64,000 bases of DNA from Vulcanimicrobiota bacterium (GCA_003135555.1 PLCF01000053.1:30131-94130), one strand, 5' to 3'; shown: positions 40,022-49,927, numbered from the stretch's first letter. Notes: generated by a model from the sequence alone, not told the origin. Program-made: numbers and translations.

Positions 40022-42379
40022 CTAGCGTTCGAGCCGATAGTTCAACTCCACCGATCGCGGGCGCGCGATGTGGTTTCCTTGCGCGTTCGCGAACGTCACG
40101 AAGTAGCGGTCGTCGAAGAGGTTGCGCACGCGCAGCGCGACCGCGCCCTTGCCGAGCGGCACGCCTTTTTCGACGTCGAAGGTGAGGTGCGGGGCAACTT
40201 TGCAGGCGCCCGACCCGAGACCGGTACGCGGATCCGGCGGGCAGTACCGGTTGAAGAAACCGGTCGAAACGTCCGACGGTGCGGTGGTGAGCCCGCTGCC
40301 GTACTCCCCGCTCGCTGAAAACCAGCCGTTGTGCCGATCGTTTATCAACAGGCCTGCGTTGGCGTCCCAGCGTTCGTCGTGATCGGCCGGCGTCCAGTCC
40401 GCCGCGGGGCCGCCGGCGCACGGCGCGAGCAACGCCGTTTCGCAGTTCTTCACCACGGCATAGGTATGCGCGAGCGACCAATAGACGCGGCCGCCGCGCT
40501 CGAGCGGGCGCTGATAGGCCATGCTTTGGGTGCCGATGCGTCCGAGTGCGAAGTTGATGTCCTGGTGCAGGTTCGTCGTCCCCACCTGGGTGTCGTCGAT
40601 GAGGTCGGTGGCGTTTTTCTGCGCGATCCGAACGCCGAGATCGCCGCGCCCCAGCGCGATGTGTCCGCCGAGCTCGTAGTCGGAGTCGCGTTGCGGCCGC
40701 AGGTCGAAACCGCCGCTGGTGGGCTGGATGACCCGCGCCACGGACGGTGAGACGTTTTCGAGCGAGAACGGCGTGAAAAAGCGGCCGTAGTAGACGTAGA
40801 GGCTGGCCGTCTGCCCGAACGAGCGGGTGAGCTTGAGCCGCGGGCTGAGCTGCGAGAACCCGTTCGCGAACTCCAGCGAGGCCAAGATGAACACGTCGGC
40901 GCGCAGACCGTAGTCCAAGCGCCACGCCGGTCCCATGCGCCAGCTGTCTTGCAGGTAACCCTCCGCGAGGTGGCCGGTATTGGGAGCGTTGTCGACGACG
41001 TTGAACGCCAGGGTTGAAAACGGGTTCGACGGCTGCAGCCCGATCGCGTAGCGCTTCGTCACGGTCGTCACGTCGTAGACGGCCCCGGCGCGCACCTCGT
41101 GGGCCGCGCTGCGCAGATCGTAGTCGGCGTTGAGCCGGTAGTCGATCGAGGTCCGGTCCGAGAACAGCGACAGCGCACAGGTGGTGACGTCGCCGCTGCA
41201 GTCGGCGGTTCCGCCGTTCGCGATCCCCGCGGCGAAGTCGTTGGCGGGGTCGGGGAAGTCACGGATGTGCGAGCGTTTGAGCGACGGCCCGAACGAGAAT
41301 GCGCCGCGATCACCGATGGCGCGCCTGAACTGGACCGATGCGAACAGATCGTCTTGCTTTTCGACGTCGTCGCGCCGGGCGGGCTCGCCCGCCCCGATGT
41401 CGGGCGGAATCTGATAGGTCTGCAGCGTGTGGGACAGCGTGAAGTTGGCGAACGAGGCGGCGCCGTAGGGAAGCGAGAGGCGCACGAACTGATTCGCGCT
41501 GCTGCCGGCGTCGTGCGGTGCGTCCGCCGAGGCCGGATCGAGGGCGCGGCCGTCGCGGCCCGTGCGCGAGGCGAGCAACAGCGAGCCGCCGTGTCCGACC
41601 GGCGCGTGATAGCCCAGGGTCATCTCGTAGCGCGCATACGCGCCGCTCGTGGCATCGAAGGTGAAGCCGGGCGGACCGGGCGTGCCGCCGCGCGTGGCGA
41701 GGTTCAGAACGGCGCCGAAGCGTTCGCCGTATTGCGCCGGGTACGCGCCCTCGAGTACCTCGGCGAATCCGACGTTGCTCGCGTCGACCTCGTTGCCGAT
41801 GACGCGGTTGAGCGCTTGTGGTAACGCCACCCCGTCGACGATGTAGTTGATGTCTCCGTGGTCGCCGTTGACGTGAACCACGCCGTTGGCGCCCCGCGCC
41901 GCGCCGGGGACCTGTAACAGCATCCCCGGGAAACTGTCGGCGGCGGGCGCGCGCGCGATCGTCTCGGTATTGAGCGTCACGTCGGTACCGGCGCGGCGCG
42001 CCTGCGTCGCGTGCGACACGACCGAGGTCGCGGTACGGCCGATCGCCCGAATCGCTTTGAGCTGCAAGTTGACGCTTTCGCCGTTGGAGGCGACGTCGAC
42101 GTCGACCGCAGCGCTGAGCGTTCCGCTCGCACCCGCGAGCGTGTAGCGCCCCAACGGGACGGCGCTGAAGGCGAACGCGCCGTGCGCGTCCGTCGTGGTC
42201 TCACGATGGAGCGTCGCGCCGTTGAGCTGCACGGCGGCCCCCGCGACGGCCTGACCGTTGGCGGTGACGACCCCCGAGACGAACGACGTGGCTTGCGCGC
42301 GAGCGGCGGTGCTCGTGATGAGGATAATGGCGATGAACAAGGCGAGCGACCGAAGCGGCGCGCCGAAACGACTGAACAT
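40022..42379 (-). CDS. TonB-dependent outer-membrane receptor with N-terminal carboxypeptidase-regulatory-like domain
   Basis: Signal peptide, plug YIVDGV / GAYPAQYG..FGAVLN, SPRL, NLFDDRY...PRSV C-terminus. Confidence 0.88.
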   Translation of the reverse strand: MFSRFGAPLRSLALFIAIILITSTAARAQATSFVSGVVTANGQAVAGAAVQLNGATLHRETTTDAHGAFAFSAVPLGRYTLAGASGTLSAAVDVDVASNGESVNLQLKAIRAIGRTATSVVSHATQARRAGTDVTLNTETIARAPAADSFPGMLLQVPGAARGANGVVHVNGDHGDINYIVDGVALPQALNRVIGNEVDASNVGFAEVLEGAYPAQYGERFGAVLNLATRGGTPGPPGFTFDATSGAYARYEMTLGYHAPVGHGGSLLLASRTGRDGRALDPASADAPHDAGSSANQFVRLSLPYGAASFANFTLSHTLQTYQIPPDIGAGEPARRDDVEKQDDLFASVQFRRAIGDRGAFSFGPSLKRSHIRDFPDPANDFAAGIANGGTADCSGDVTTCALSLFSDRTSIDYRLNADYDLRSAAHEVRAGAVYDVTTVTKRYAIGLQPSNPFSTLAFNVVDNAPNTGHLAEGYLQDSWRMGPAWRLDYGLRADVFILASLEFANGFSQLSPRLKLTRSFGQTASLYVYYGRFFTPFSLENVSPSVARVIQPTSGGFDLRPQRDSDYELGGHIALGRGDLGVRIAQKNATDLIDDTQVGTTNLHQDINFALGRIGTQSMAYQRPLERGGRVYWSLAHTYAVVKNCETALLAPCAGGPAADWTPADHDERWDANAGLLINDRHNGWFSASGEYGSGLTTAPSDVSTGFFNRYCPPDPRTGLGSGACKVAPHLTFDVEKGVPLGKGAVALRVRNLFDDRYFVTFANAQGNHIARPRSVELNYRLER

Positions 42380-42429
42380 GATTCCCTTCGCTACTGTGAC
42401 GTGAGGACGTGCGCGCTAGGCGCACGGGG

Positions 42430-42996
42430 TCAGGTAGCGAGCGGTGGGGGCGGGCGGTTCGGGACGAAGAGCCGGTAGGGAACCGTGGCTTGCGCGGGCC
42501 GCGCGACGAGGCGGCGCAAGGCCGGCGGTCGCGTCGTGTCGGCGACCGCCGCGACGAGCGCGGCGAGCAAGGCGACGACGCGCTCGCGCGTGGCGCGGAA
42601 CAGCAGCGTCGCACACAGCAGGGCGACGAGCCCACAGAACAGGGCGACCAGCAACCGCTCGGGCTCGAGCGCGGCGCCTTCGGCGGCCAACAGCAAGGCC
42701 GCGACGGCGGCTTGGCTCAGCGCCGCGAAGCCGGCCTGCCCAAGGGTGAGCGGCCCGAGCCCGGCCCGCACCAGCGCCAGCCGGCGGCGGCGCTCGCGGC
42801 GTGATCCGACGAGACCCAGCGGTGCGGCGACCGCGGCCAGCAAGCCCAGGGCGGCGACGAGCATGACGAGGTGCGCCGGCGAATCCCACACGAATGCCCG
42901 GGCGCCGACCGCATGGACGACGCCGTGGACCAGCACGGCGCTCGAGAACGTCAGGGCGGCCCACAGGGCGTACGCCGCTCGACGCTGGGGAGACAT
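42430..42996 (-). CDS. membrane protein ending in NRPPP; candidate ribosome-arrest leader of the TonB receptor
   Basis: Several TM segments, His residues, C-terminal VPNRPPPPLAT; stop lies 50 nt before the receptor ATG. Confidence 0.7.
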   Translation of the reverse strand: MSPQRRAAYALWAALTFSSAVLVHGVVHAVGARAFVWDSPAHLVMLVAALGLLAAVAAPLGLVGSRRERRRRLALVRAGLGPLTLGQAGFAALSQAAVAALLLAAEGAALEPERLLVALFCGLVALLCATLLFRATRERVVALLAALVAAVADTTRPPALRRLVARPAQATVPYRLFVPNRPPPPLAT

Positions 42997-43195
42997 GTAC
43001 GGATTCTTCCGTACGCCGCTCTCCGACCCTGCCCATAGGCCGCCGGGCCGCCACCGCCGGGCGCCGGGCGGCGTCCTGGGGATACTAGCCGGACCGGGAC
43101 GCCGGCGCAGAGGGGCATCGGGTCGCCGCGACAGGTGCCGGCGCGGGCCCGGTCATATCCAACGTCCCCCCACCCGTCGCCCCATCGAGAAAGCC

Positions 43196-43753
43196 ATGTA
43201 CACCGCCCGTCCGTCCGCCTTCGAGTCCACCGACACCGTCAGCCGGGTCGTGGCGCTGCTGGTCCGCTTCCCGGCGATCCACAGCGTGCGTGCGAACCCG
43301 TCCGACGCGACGTTGACCCTCTCGTTCGCGGTCCGCGAGCGGCTCGACCGCGTGAAGACGCAGGCGCTCGCCGAGCGGGTCGGCGAGTACGTGCGCGCGT
43401 TCCTCGATCTGCGCGGTGAGGCCCCGGCGAAGATCGCCGTCGCGTGCGATCGCGACGCGACCGTCACCTTCGTACACGTGACGCGGGACAGCGCGTCGTT
43501 CGCGCGCGAGGAGCTCGAGCTGCTCGTCGCGCTCTTCGCCGACCAATACGGCGACCGGCTCGTGCGCGACGATTCCGGTGCGACGCCGGTCGACGAGGAT
43601 CCGATCGCGCGCGACGACGTCGTCGAAGTGGCCCTCGATGCGCTGCGCGATCCGACCCAGCGCCAGCGTCTGGTCGGCTTCCGCGAGGAGCAACGGGTGC
43701 TGGTCTACTTCGTCCATGCGCGAAAGCGCGCGAAAGCCAGGGCGCGATCCTAA
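43196..43753 (+). CDS. conserved hypothetical protein
   Basis: ORF from ATG 43196 (MYTARPS...LVGFREEQRVLVY) with coding-like codon use. Confidence 0.6.
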   Translation: MYTARPSAFESTDTVSRVVALLVRFPAIHSVRANPSDATLTLSFAVRERLDRVKTQALAERVGEYVRAFLDLRGEAPAKIAVACDRDATVTFVHVTRDSASFAREELELLVALFADQYGDRLVRDDSGATPVDEDPIARDDVVEVALDALRDPTQRQRLVGFREEQRVLVYFVHARKRAKARARS

Positions 43754-44550
43754 GACCGGCCACCGTCACGATCCTGATCGTCGGCGACGTGGTCGGGTCG
43801 CCGGGGCGGGACGTCCTCAAGAAGCACCTCGCGCTTGCGCGCGAGCAACACCACGTCGACGCGGTGATCGCCAACGGCGAGAACGCGGCGGGCGGCTTCG
43901 GCTTGACCAGTCAGACCGCCGAAGAGATGTTCGCGGCGGGGGTCGACTTCATCACCTCGGGCAACCACATTTGGGACAAGCGCGAGTTCCGCAACGCGCT
44001 CGACGAGACCGATCGCATCCTGCGACCCGCCAACTATCCGCCCATGCTCCCCGGCCGGGGCGCCGGGACGTTCACCGCCAACGGCGTCACCATCGGCGTG
44101 CTGAACCTCATGGGGCGCGTCTTCATGCCGCCGGTCGACGATCCGTTCCGGATCGGCAAGGAGCTCGTCGACGAGCTGCGCGCGCAAACCCGCGTGATCG
44201 TCGTCGACGTGCACGCCGAAGCGACGTCGGAGAAGATGGCGTTGGGGCGGTTCCTGGACGGCTCGGTATCGCTGCTGTTCGGGACGCACACGCACGTGCA
44301 GACCTCCGACGAGCAGATCTTCCCGGGCGGGACGGCCTACCTGACCGACGTCGGGATGACCGGGCCTTCCGACGGGGTGATCGGGATGGAATCCGCAGCG
44401 GTCCTGGAGCGTTTTACCAATGCGGTATCCGAACGCTTCGCGGTCCTGAAAACGGGTACACGACAATTTTGCGCGGCTGTGGCGACCGTAGACGTCGCTA
44501 CGGGCCGTGCGCTCGACATCAAACGCATCAATCTTCGAGGCCTAGCATGA
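43747..44550 (+). CDS. ymdB: YmdB/TIGR00282 metallophosphoesterase
   Basis: GDVVG, NGENAAGGFG, SGNH, RPANYP, HAEATSEK, GTHTHVQT, DVGMTG; no canonical start nearby. Confidence 0.9.
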   Translation: MLRPATVTILIVGDVVGSPGRDVLKKHLALAREQHHVDAVIANGENAAGGFGLTSQTAEEMFAAGVDFITSGNHIWDKREFRNALDETDRILRPANYPPMLPGRGAGTFTANGVTIGVLNLMGRVFMPPVDDPFRIGKELVDELRAQTRVIVVDVHAEATSEKMALGRFLDGSVSLLFGTHTHVQTSDEQIFPGGTAYLTDVGMTGPSDGVIGMESAAVLERFTNAVSERFAVLKTGTRQFCAAVATVDVATGRALDIKRINLRGLA

Positions 44551-44867
44551 TCGAGCCGCCGAGGACACCGGCGTCAGGCGTCCTCAAAGTGTCTGCTCAT
44601 TCCAACCCCAACTCGGTCGCCGGCGCGCTCGCGGGCGTGCTCCGCGAAAGGCCGACGGCCGAACTCCAGGCGATCGGCGCCGGGGCGACCAATCAAGCGG
44701 TCAAGGCGATCGCGATCGCCCGCTCGTACCTGCGTGCCAGTTCGATCGACCTGGTCTGCGTGCCCGAGTTCACCGACGTGGAGATCGAAGGGAACGTGCG
44801 AACGGCAATTCGCCTGCTGGTCGAACGGCGCGCCGCGGGCGCGCAGCCTGGGGCGGAGCGCAGTTAA
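44547..44867 (+). CDS. spoVS: stage V sporulation protein S family
   Basis: VLKVSAHSNPNSVAGALAG, QAIGAGATNQAVKAIAIAR. Confidence 0.92.
   Translation: MIEPPRTPASGVLKVSAHSNPNSVAGALAGVLRERPTAELQAIGAGATNQAVKAIAIARSYLRASSIDLVCVPEFTDVEIEGNVRTAIRLLVERRAAGAQPGAERS
44838..44867 (+). repeat. 3' fragment of the MIRU-like repeat forming the spoVS C-terminus
   Basis: GGCGCGCAGCCTGGGGCGGAGCGCAGTTAA versus etf copy GGCGCGCAGCCAGGGGCGGAGCGCCGTTAA (28/30). Confidence 0.75.
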
Positions 44868-44868
44868 C

Positions 44869-45669
44869 ATCACCGTCGACTTTCATTCCCATACGCACGA
44901 GTCCGACGGAACGCTGAGCCCGGCCGAGCTGGTCGCGCGGATGCGTTCGCGCGGCGTCTCCTGGTTCTCGATAACCGACCACGACACCACGCGCGCGTAC
45001 ACCGATCTCGACGCGCCCGGACAGCGTGTCGTCCCGGGGATCGAGATCAACACGACCTGGCAGGGCAGCGACGTCCACATCCTGGGCTATCACATCCCAA
45101 CCGGACCGTCGCCGCTCGCAGACGTCATCGAACGCAACCGGCAGCACCGCCGCGCCAGGATCGATACGATGGTCGCCGGCCTGAACCGCGCCGGGTATCC
45201 GGTCACGGTCGACCAGGTGCTTGCCGAGTCGGGGGGCGGCCACGCGCTGGGGCGGCCGCACGTGGCCAAGGCGCTGGTGCGCAGCGGGATGATCCGCGAC
45301 GTGCAGACCGCCTTCACCGAGCTGCTGTCGCGCGACAAACCCGGGTACGCGCCCTCACACCACATCTCGCCGCTCGAAGCGATCGAGGTCGTGCGGCGCA
45401 GCGGCGGCGTGCCCGTCTTGGCGCACCCCGGGCGCCTCAAAGACGAGACGATCCTCGACGACCTAGCCGACCAGGGACTGGCCGGGTTGGAGGTCTTCTA
45501 TCCGACGCACACCGTTGCGATGACGGCGCATTTTCGCGCCAAGGCCCAGCGCTACGCGCTGGTGATGACCGCCGGATCCGACTTTCACGACGAGCGCTGG
45601 AACACACGCGGGGTCGGCGTCGACGTCGACGAGGTCGACGTGCGGCCGTTCCTCGACCTCGTCGCCTAG
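44869..45669 (+). CDS. PHP-domain phosphoesterase (YciV/TrpH-like)
   Basis: DFHSHT..SDG, ITDHDT, GIEI, HILGY, GRPH, LAHP, GSDFH; probable ATC start. Confidence 0.9.
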   Translation: MTVDFHSHTHESDGTLSPAELVARMRSRGVSWFSITDHDTTRAYTDLDAPGQRVVPGIEINTTWQGSDVHILGYHIPTGPSPLADVIERNRQHRRARIDTMVAGLNRAGYPVTVDQVLAESGGGHALGRPHVAKALVRSGMIRDVQTAFTELLSRDKPGYAPSHHISPLEAIEVVRRSGGVPVLAHPGRLKDETILDDLADQGLAGLEVFYPTHTVAMTAHFRAKAQRYALVMTAGSDFHDERWNTRGVGVDVDEVDVRPFLDLVA

Positions 45670-45733
45670 CGGCGGGAACCGCTGCACGGGGTACAGGGGA
45701 CGAAAGCAACGATATCGAGGAAAGCGCAGCACC

Positions 45734-45973
45734 ATGACAGATGATGAAGTCCGGCCCTACGTCGGCAAACCCGTGCGGATCACGCTCGACGACGGTCGCG
45801 TCTTGGCGGGTACGCTCCACGCCGACGACGGCCACGGCCACGGCCACATGCACTACGCGCTCGTCTCGGACCCCGTTCGCGAGGGCGGAGAGAAGGTGAC
45901 CGAGGTCGTCCACGGCGCCGGGCGGATCACCACGATCGACGACGCGTCCGACGATCCCGCGGCGGTCGAATGA
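45734..45973 (+). CDS. small Sm/LSm-like protein with His-rich loop
   Basis: RBS GAGG; YVGKPVRITLDDGRVLAGTLHADD..HMHYAL resembles the Sm1 motif. Confidence 0.55.
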   Translation: MTDDEVRPYVGKPVRITLDDGRVLAGTLHADDGHGHGHMHYALVSDPVREGGEKVTEVVHGAGRITTIDDASDDPAAVE

Positions 45974-46557
45974 CCGGCGATCTGAGCCTGCTCGCGGCGC
46001 GGCTCGCGCTGGGCTTGGGGTACGCGTCGCACGGCGCCCAAAAAGCGTTCGGCTGGTTCGACGGACCGGGGCCCCAAGGGGCCGCGAAGTTCATGCAGAG
46101 CCTGGGGCTCAAGCCCGGCGAGCAGTACGCTACGCTGGCGTCCTACGGGGAGTTGGCGGCGGGGACGCTGATCGCGCTGGGGCTCGGCGGGCCGCTCGGG
46201 CCCGCGATGCTGCTCTCGGGGATGGTCGTCGCCGAGACGACGGTGCACGCGAAGAACGGATTTTACGCCGGCGGAAACGGCATGGAAGTCGGGATGCTGT
46301 ACTCGGCGGGGGCGCTGGCCTTGGCCGCGTCGGGCTACGGCGAGCTCTCGTTGGATCACGTGCTGGGCTGGCGCAAGAGCCTGCGTAACCCGCTGTTGAC
46401 GGCGCTGGCGCTCGCGGGCGGCATCGCCGCCGGATACGCGGTCCTGGCCAAGCGCGACACCTCGCCGCCCGACGGAACGCTGGCTACGCCGACGGTCGCC
46501 GGCAACCGGGCCAGAAACGGCACCGCCGGTTCCAAACCCTCGCCTGCCGCCAGCTAA
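45970..46557 (+). CDS. DoxX family membrane protein
   Basis: RLALG..HGAQKAFGWFDGPG, GMEV, GYGELSLD. Confidence 0.9.
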   Translation: MTGDLSLLAARLALGLGYASHGAQKAFGWFDGPGPQGAAKFMQSLGLKPGEQYATLASYGELAAGTLIALGLGGPLGPAMLLSGMVVAETTVHAKNGFYAGGNGMEVGMLYSAGALALAASGYGELSLDHVLGWRKSLRNPLLTALALAGGIAAGYAVLAKRDTSPPDGTLATPTVAGNRARNGTAGSKPSPAAS

Positions 46558-47159
46558 GGCAGGCGCGGCACCAAACGCTCCAGCGTCTCGTACGCGATCG
46601 CCACGATCGCGACGAGACGCTCGTCCTGCGCCGCGACGACCGCGCGCTCGTCGATGAAGCGATGGTTGATGCGGACGTTCGCGATGCTCGCCGCGAGCGC
46701 CGCCCGGAAAAAGTGCAGCGCGCACTCGACGTCACTCACGAGATGCGCGTTGCCCAGCGCGTTGGCGCGCGCCGCGAGCGCGATCCCTTCGGCGCACAGC
46801 CCTGCGGCGACGAGCGGGGCTTCAGCCGCGCCGATCAGCGCCGACTGCAGCGCGGCGCGGCGATCGCGCTGCTCGTCGTCGCTGCCGTTGGGTAGCGCCG
46901 AGGCGGTCACGACGGCACCGTACGCCGCTTCGTCGAGCGGCCGCGCGGCCGCAAGCCGTTCCCGAAGCGCATCGGCGGCGGCGGCGATCGCCACGGCTTC
47001 GTCCCGCACGGCGGCAAAGCGCTTGGCGCCGGCGGTGATGCGGGCGACCATCGCGCACAACGCCGCGCCCATCGCGCCGACCAAGGTCGCAGCCGAGCCG
47101 CCGCCGGGGGTGGGGTCGCCCGACGCCAGCCGGTCGAGGTATGCATCGATTCCGTCCAC
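46554..47159 (-). CDS. formiminotransferase-cyclodeaminase C-terminal / cyclohydrolase family
   Basis: LASGDPTPGGGSAA, GNAHLVSD, NVRIN. Confidence 0.88.
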   Translation of the reverse strand: MDGIDAYLDRLASGDPTPGGGSAATLVGAMGAALCAMVARITAGAKRFAAVRDEAVAIAAAADALRERLAAARPLDEAAYGAVVTASALPNGSDDEQRDRRAALQSALIGAAEAPLVAAGLCAEGIALAARANALGNAHLVSDVECALHFFRAALAASIANVRINHRFIDERAVVAAQDERLVAIVAIAYETLERLVPRLP

Positions 47160-47280
47160 GCGGCGGTTTACCAGGCAAGAACCCGAGACGCCTCGCGGCG
47201 AAGAAGGTTCGGAGCGCCGGTAGAGCTGGTTTCAAAAAGCACGGTCGCCTAGCCACAATCAAATCAGCCAGGAGACGACC

Positions 47281-48555
47281 TTGCAAACTCTTGAAAAGAC
47301 GCGCGGGGACGTGAAGGATCTTGCGCTCGCCGATGCCGGAAAAGCGCGCATCGAGTGGGCCGCGAGCTTCATGCCCGTGCTCGCCCAAATCCGCGACCGC
47401 TTCGCGAAGACCAAGCCGCTCGCCGGCGTGCGCATCGGTGCGTGCCTCCACGTCACCACCGAAACGGCCAACCTGATGCTGGCCCTCAAGGCCGGCGGCG
47501 CCGAGATCGCGCTGTGCGCGTCGAACCCGCTTTCCACCCAGGACGACGTCGCGGCCGCGCTGTGCGCGCACTACGAGATCCCGACCTTCGCGATCAAGGG
47601 CGAGAACGAAACGACGTACTACGGCCACATCGAGTCGGTCATCGCTTCGAAGCCGCACATGTCGATGGACGACGGCTGCGACCTCGTCACGACCATCTAC
47701 ACCAAGCACAACGCGCTGCTCAAAGAGATGATCGGCGGTTGCGAGGAAACGACCACCGGCGTCATCCGGCTCCATGCCATGGAGAAGGACGGCGTCCTGC
47801 CGTACCCGGTCATCGCGGTGAACGACGCGCTGACCAAGCACATGTTCGACAACCGGTACGGGACGGGCCAATCGACGATCGACGGCGTCATCCGCGCGAC
47901 CAACGCCCTCATCGCCGGCTCCACGGTCGTCGTGGTCGGCTACGGCTGGTGCGGACGCGGCGTCGCGTCGCGCGCCAAAGGGCTGGGAGCTCACGTCATC
48001 GTGACCGAGATCGACGCCCGCAAAGCGCTCGAAGCCAAGATGGACGGTTTCGAAGTGCTGCCGATGGCCGCAGCAGCGAAGCTGGGCCACATCTTCATCA
48101 CCGTGACCGGCAATTTCCACGTGATCGCCAAAGACCACTTCGAGGTGATGCGCGACGGCGCGATCGTGTGCAACTCCGGGCACTTCAACGACGAGCTCGA
48201 CCTCGACGCGCTCGAAGCGCTGTCGACCGCCAAAGAGACGCCGCGCGAGTTCGTCGAATCGTACACGCTGCGGAACGGCCGCACGGTGCGCGTCCTCGGA
48301 CAGGGCCGGCTGATCAACTTGGCCGCCGGCGAAGGCCACCCCGCGTCGGTGATGGACATGTCGTTCGCCAACCAAGCGATGGCCGCGGCCTATCTCGCGC
48401 AGAACTACAAGACCTTGGAGAAGAAGGTCTACTCCGTTCCGGACCACATCGATGAGGAGGTCGCGCAGCTCAAGCTCGCCGCCTTTGGGATCGAGATCGA
48501 CACCCCAACCCCCGAGCAAGTAAAATACATGGCATCCTGGAGCGAAGGTACTTAA
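47281..48555 (+). CDS. ahcY: adenosylhomocysteinase
   Basis: ACLHVTTETA, SNPLSTQD, EETTTG, KHMFDNRYGTGQS, GYGWCGRG, GHPASVMDMSF. Confidence 0.97.
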   Translation: MQTLEKTRGDVKDLALADAGKARIEWAASFMPVLAQIRDRFAKTKPLAGVRIGACLHVTTETANLMLALKAGGAEIALCASNPLSTQDDVAAALCAHYEIPTFAIKGENETTYYGHIESVIASKPHMSMDDGCDLVTTIYTKHNALLKEMIGGCEETTTGVIRLHAMEKDGVLPYPVIAVNDALTKHMFDNRYGTGQSTIDGVIRATNALIAGSTVVVVGYGWCGRGVASRAKGLGAHVIVTEIDARKALEAKMDGFEVLPMAAAAKLGHIFITVTGNFHVIAKDHFEVMRDGAIVCNSGHFNDELDLDALEALSTAKETPREFVESYTLRNGRTVRVLGQGRLINLAAGEGHPASVMDMSFANQAMAAAYLAQNYKTLEKKVYSVPDHIDEEVAQLKLAAFGIEIDTPTPEQVKYMASWSEGT

Positions 48556-48671
48556 GGTGATGGACCGAGCGCAGCAGAGTCTTCCGCGTCGCACGAAGTT
48601 CTTGGGAGGTCGGACCTGGGGGCCCCACGCTTTGCGTGGGGGGCGCGCAGCGAGAGCGGAGCGCCGTTAAA
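48556..48671 (+). repeat. MIRU-like intergenic repeat copy 3 with 36-aa bridging mini-ORF
   Basis: Fills the whole ahcY-metK spacer; ORF 48560-48670 MDRAQQ...AERR*. Confidence 0.85.
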
Positions 48672-49901
48672 ATGGCGTACCGCAGGCTGTTTACGTCTGA
48701 GTCGGTCACCGAGGGCCATCCCGACAAGCTTGCCGATCAGATCTCAGACGCGGTGCTCGACGCGATTCTGGCCAAGGACCCGCAGGGACGCGTCGCGTGC
48801 GAGACGTTTGCGATCACCGGGCAGATCCACATCGCGGGCGAGATCTCGACCACCACCTACATCGACATCCCCAAGATCGTGCGCGACACGATCCGCGAGG
48901 TCGGCTACGACCGTTCGGCGATCGGCTTCGACTACGAAACCTGCGGCGTTTCGGTCTCGGTCGACGAGCAGTCCGCCGACATCGCGATGGGCGTCGACAA
49001 GTCGCTGGAAGTCAAGGAAACCGGCGACCGCGATCCGTTCGAGCTCATCGGCGCCGGCGATCAAGGGATGATGTTCGGCTTCGCGTGCCGTGAGACGGAG
49101 CAGCTCATGCCGCTGCCGATCACGCTCGCCCACCAGCTGACGCAGATGCTCGCCGCCAAGCGCAAGAGCGGCGAGATCAGCTACTTGCGCCCCGACGGCA
49201 AGTCGCAGGTGACCGTCGAGTACGACGGACACAAGCCCGTCCGCGTCGACGCCGTCGTCATCTCGACCCAACACGACGACGACATCCCGCTCGACCTCAT
49301 CCGCCGCGAAGTGACCGAGAAGATCATCGACGTCGTGATCCCGCGCGGGCTGCGCGACGAGCACCTCAAGATCTTCGTGAACCCGACCGGCCGGTTCGTC
49401 ATCGGCGGCCCCAAGGGAGACGCCGGCCTCACCGGTCGTAAGATCATCGCCGACACCTACGGCGGGATGGCGCGCCACGGCGGCGGCGCGTTCTCGGGCA
49501 AGGACCCGACCAAGGTGGACCGCTCGGCGGCGTACGCCGCTCGCTACGTCGCCAAGAACGTCGTCGCGGCCGGCCTCGCCGAGCGCTGCGAGCTCCAAGT
49601 CGCGTACGCCATCGGCGTCGCGCACCCGGTCAGCGTGCTGGTCGAAACGTTCGGCACCAACCAGATCGACGAAGAGAAGATCGCCGAGCTGGTCAAGGTG
49701 CATTTCGACCTGCGTCCGGCCGCGATCATCCACAACCTCGACCTGCGCCGGCCGATCTACCGCCAGACCGCCTCGTACGGTCACTTCGGCCGTACCGAGC
49801 TCGACCTGCCGTGGGAGCGGCTGGACAAAGCCGATGCGTTGCGCGCGGATTCGGGGCTGCGCGGCGAGCGCGACCGCGAGCTCGCTCCGCTGACCGCCTA
49901 G
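48672..49901 (+). CDS. metK: S-adenosylmethionine synthetase
   Basis: [28 protein letters not shown]. Confidence 0.98.
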   Translation: MAYRRLFTSESVTEGHPDKLADQISDAVLDAILAKDPQGRVACETFAITGQIHIAGEISTTTYIDIPKIVRDTIREVGYDRSAIGFDYETCGVSVSVDEQSADIAMGVDKSLEVKETGDRDPFELIGAGDQGMMFGFACRETEQLMPLPITLAHQLTQMLAAKRKSGEISYLRPDGKSQVTVEYDGHKPVRVDAVVISTQHDDDIPLDLIRREVTEKIIDVVIPRGLRDEHLKIFVNPTGRFVIGGPKGDAGLTGRKIIADTYGGMARHGGGAFSGKDPTKVDRSAAYAARYVAKNVVAAGLAERCELQVAYAIGVAHPVSVLVETFGTNQIDEEKIAELVKVHFDLRPAAIIHNLDLRRPIYRQTASYGHFGRTELDLPWERLDKADALRADSGLRGERDRELAPLTA

Positions 49902-49927
49902 CGGGGGAGCGGCGGTCGAAACGCACG

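Noticed and set aside
44547..44867. spoVS as evidence of sporulation
   Set aside because: SpoVS with ymdB occurs in non-sporulating lineages, and no other sporulation genes are present here.
47160..47280. SAH or SAM riboswitch upstream of ahcY
   Set aside because: Only a short GGAGCGC match; the remaining SAH elements and the SAM-I core are not recognisable.
48556..48671. SAM riboswitch upstream of metK
   Set aside because: The spacer is a copy of a repeat also found next to unrelated genes (etfA, the PLD gene).
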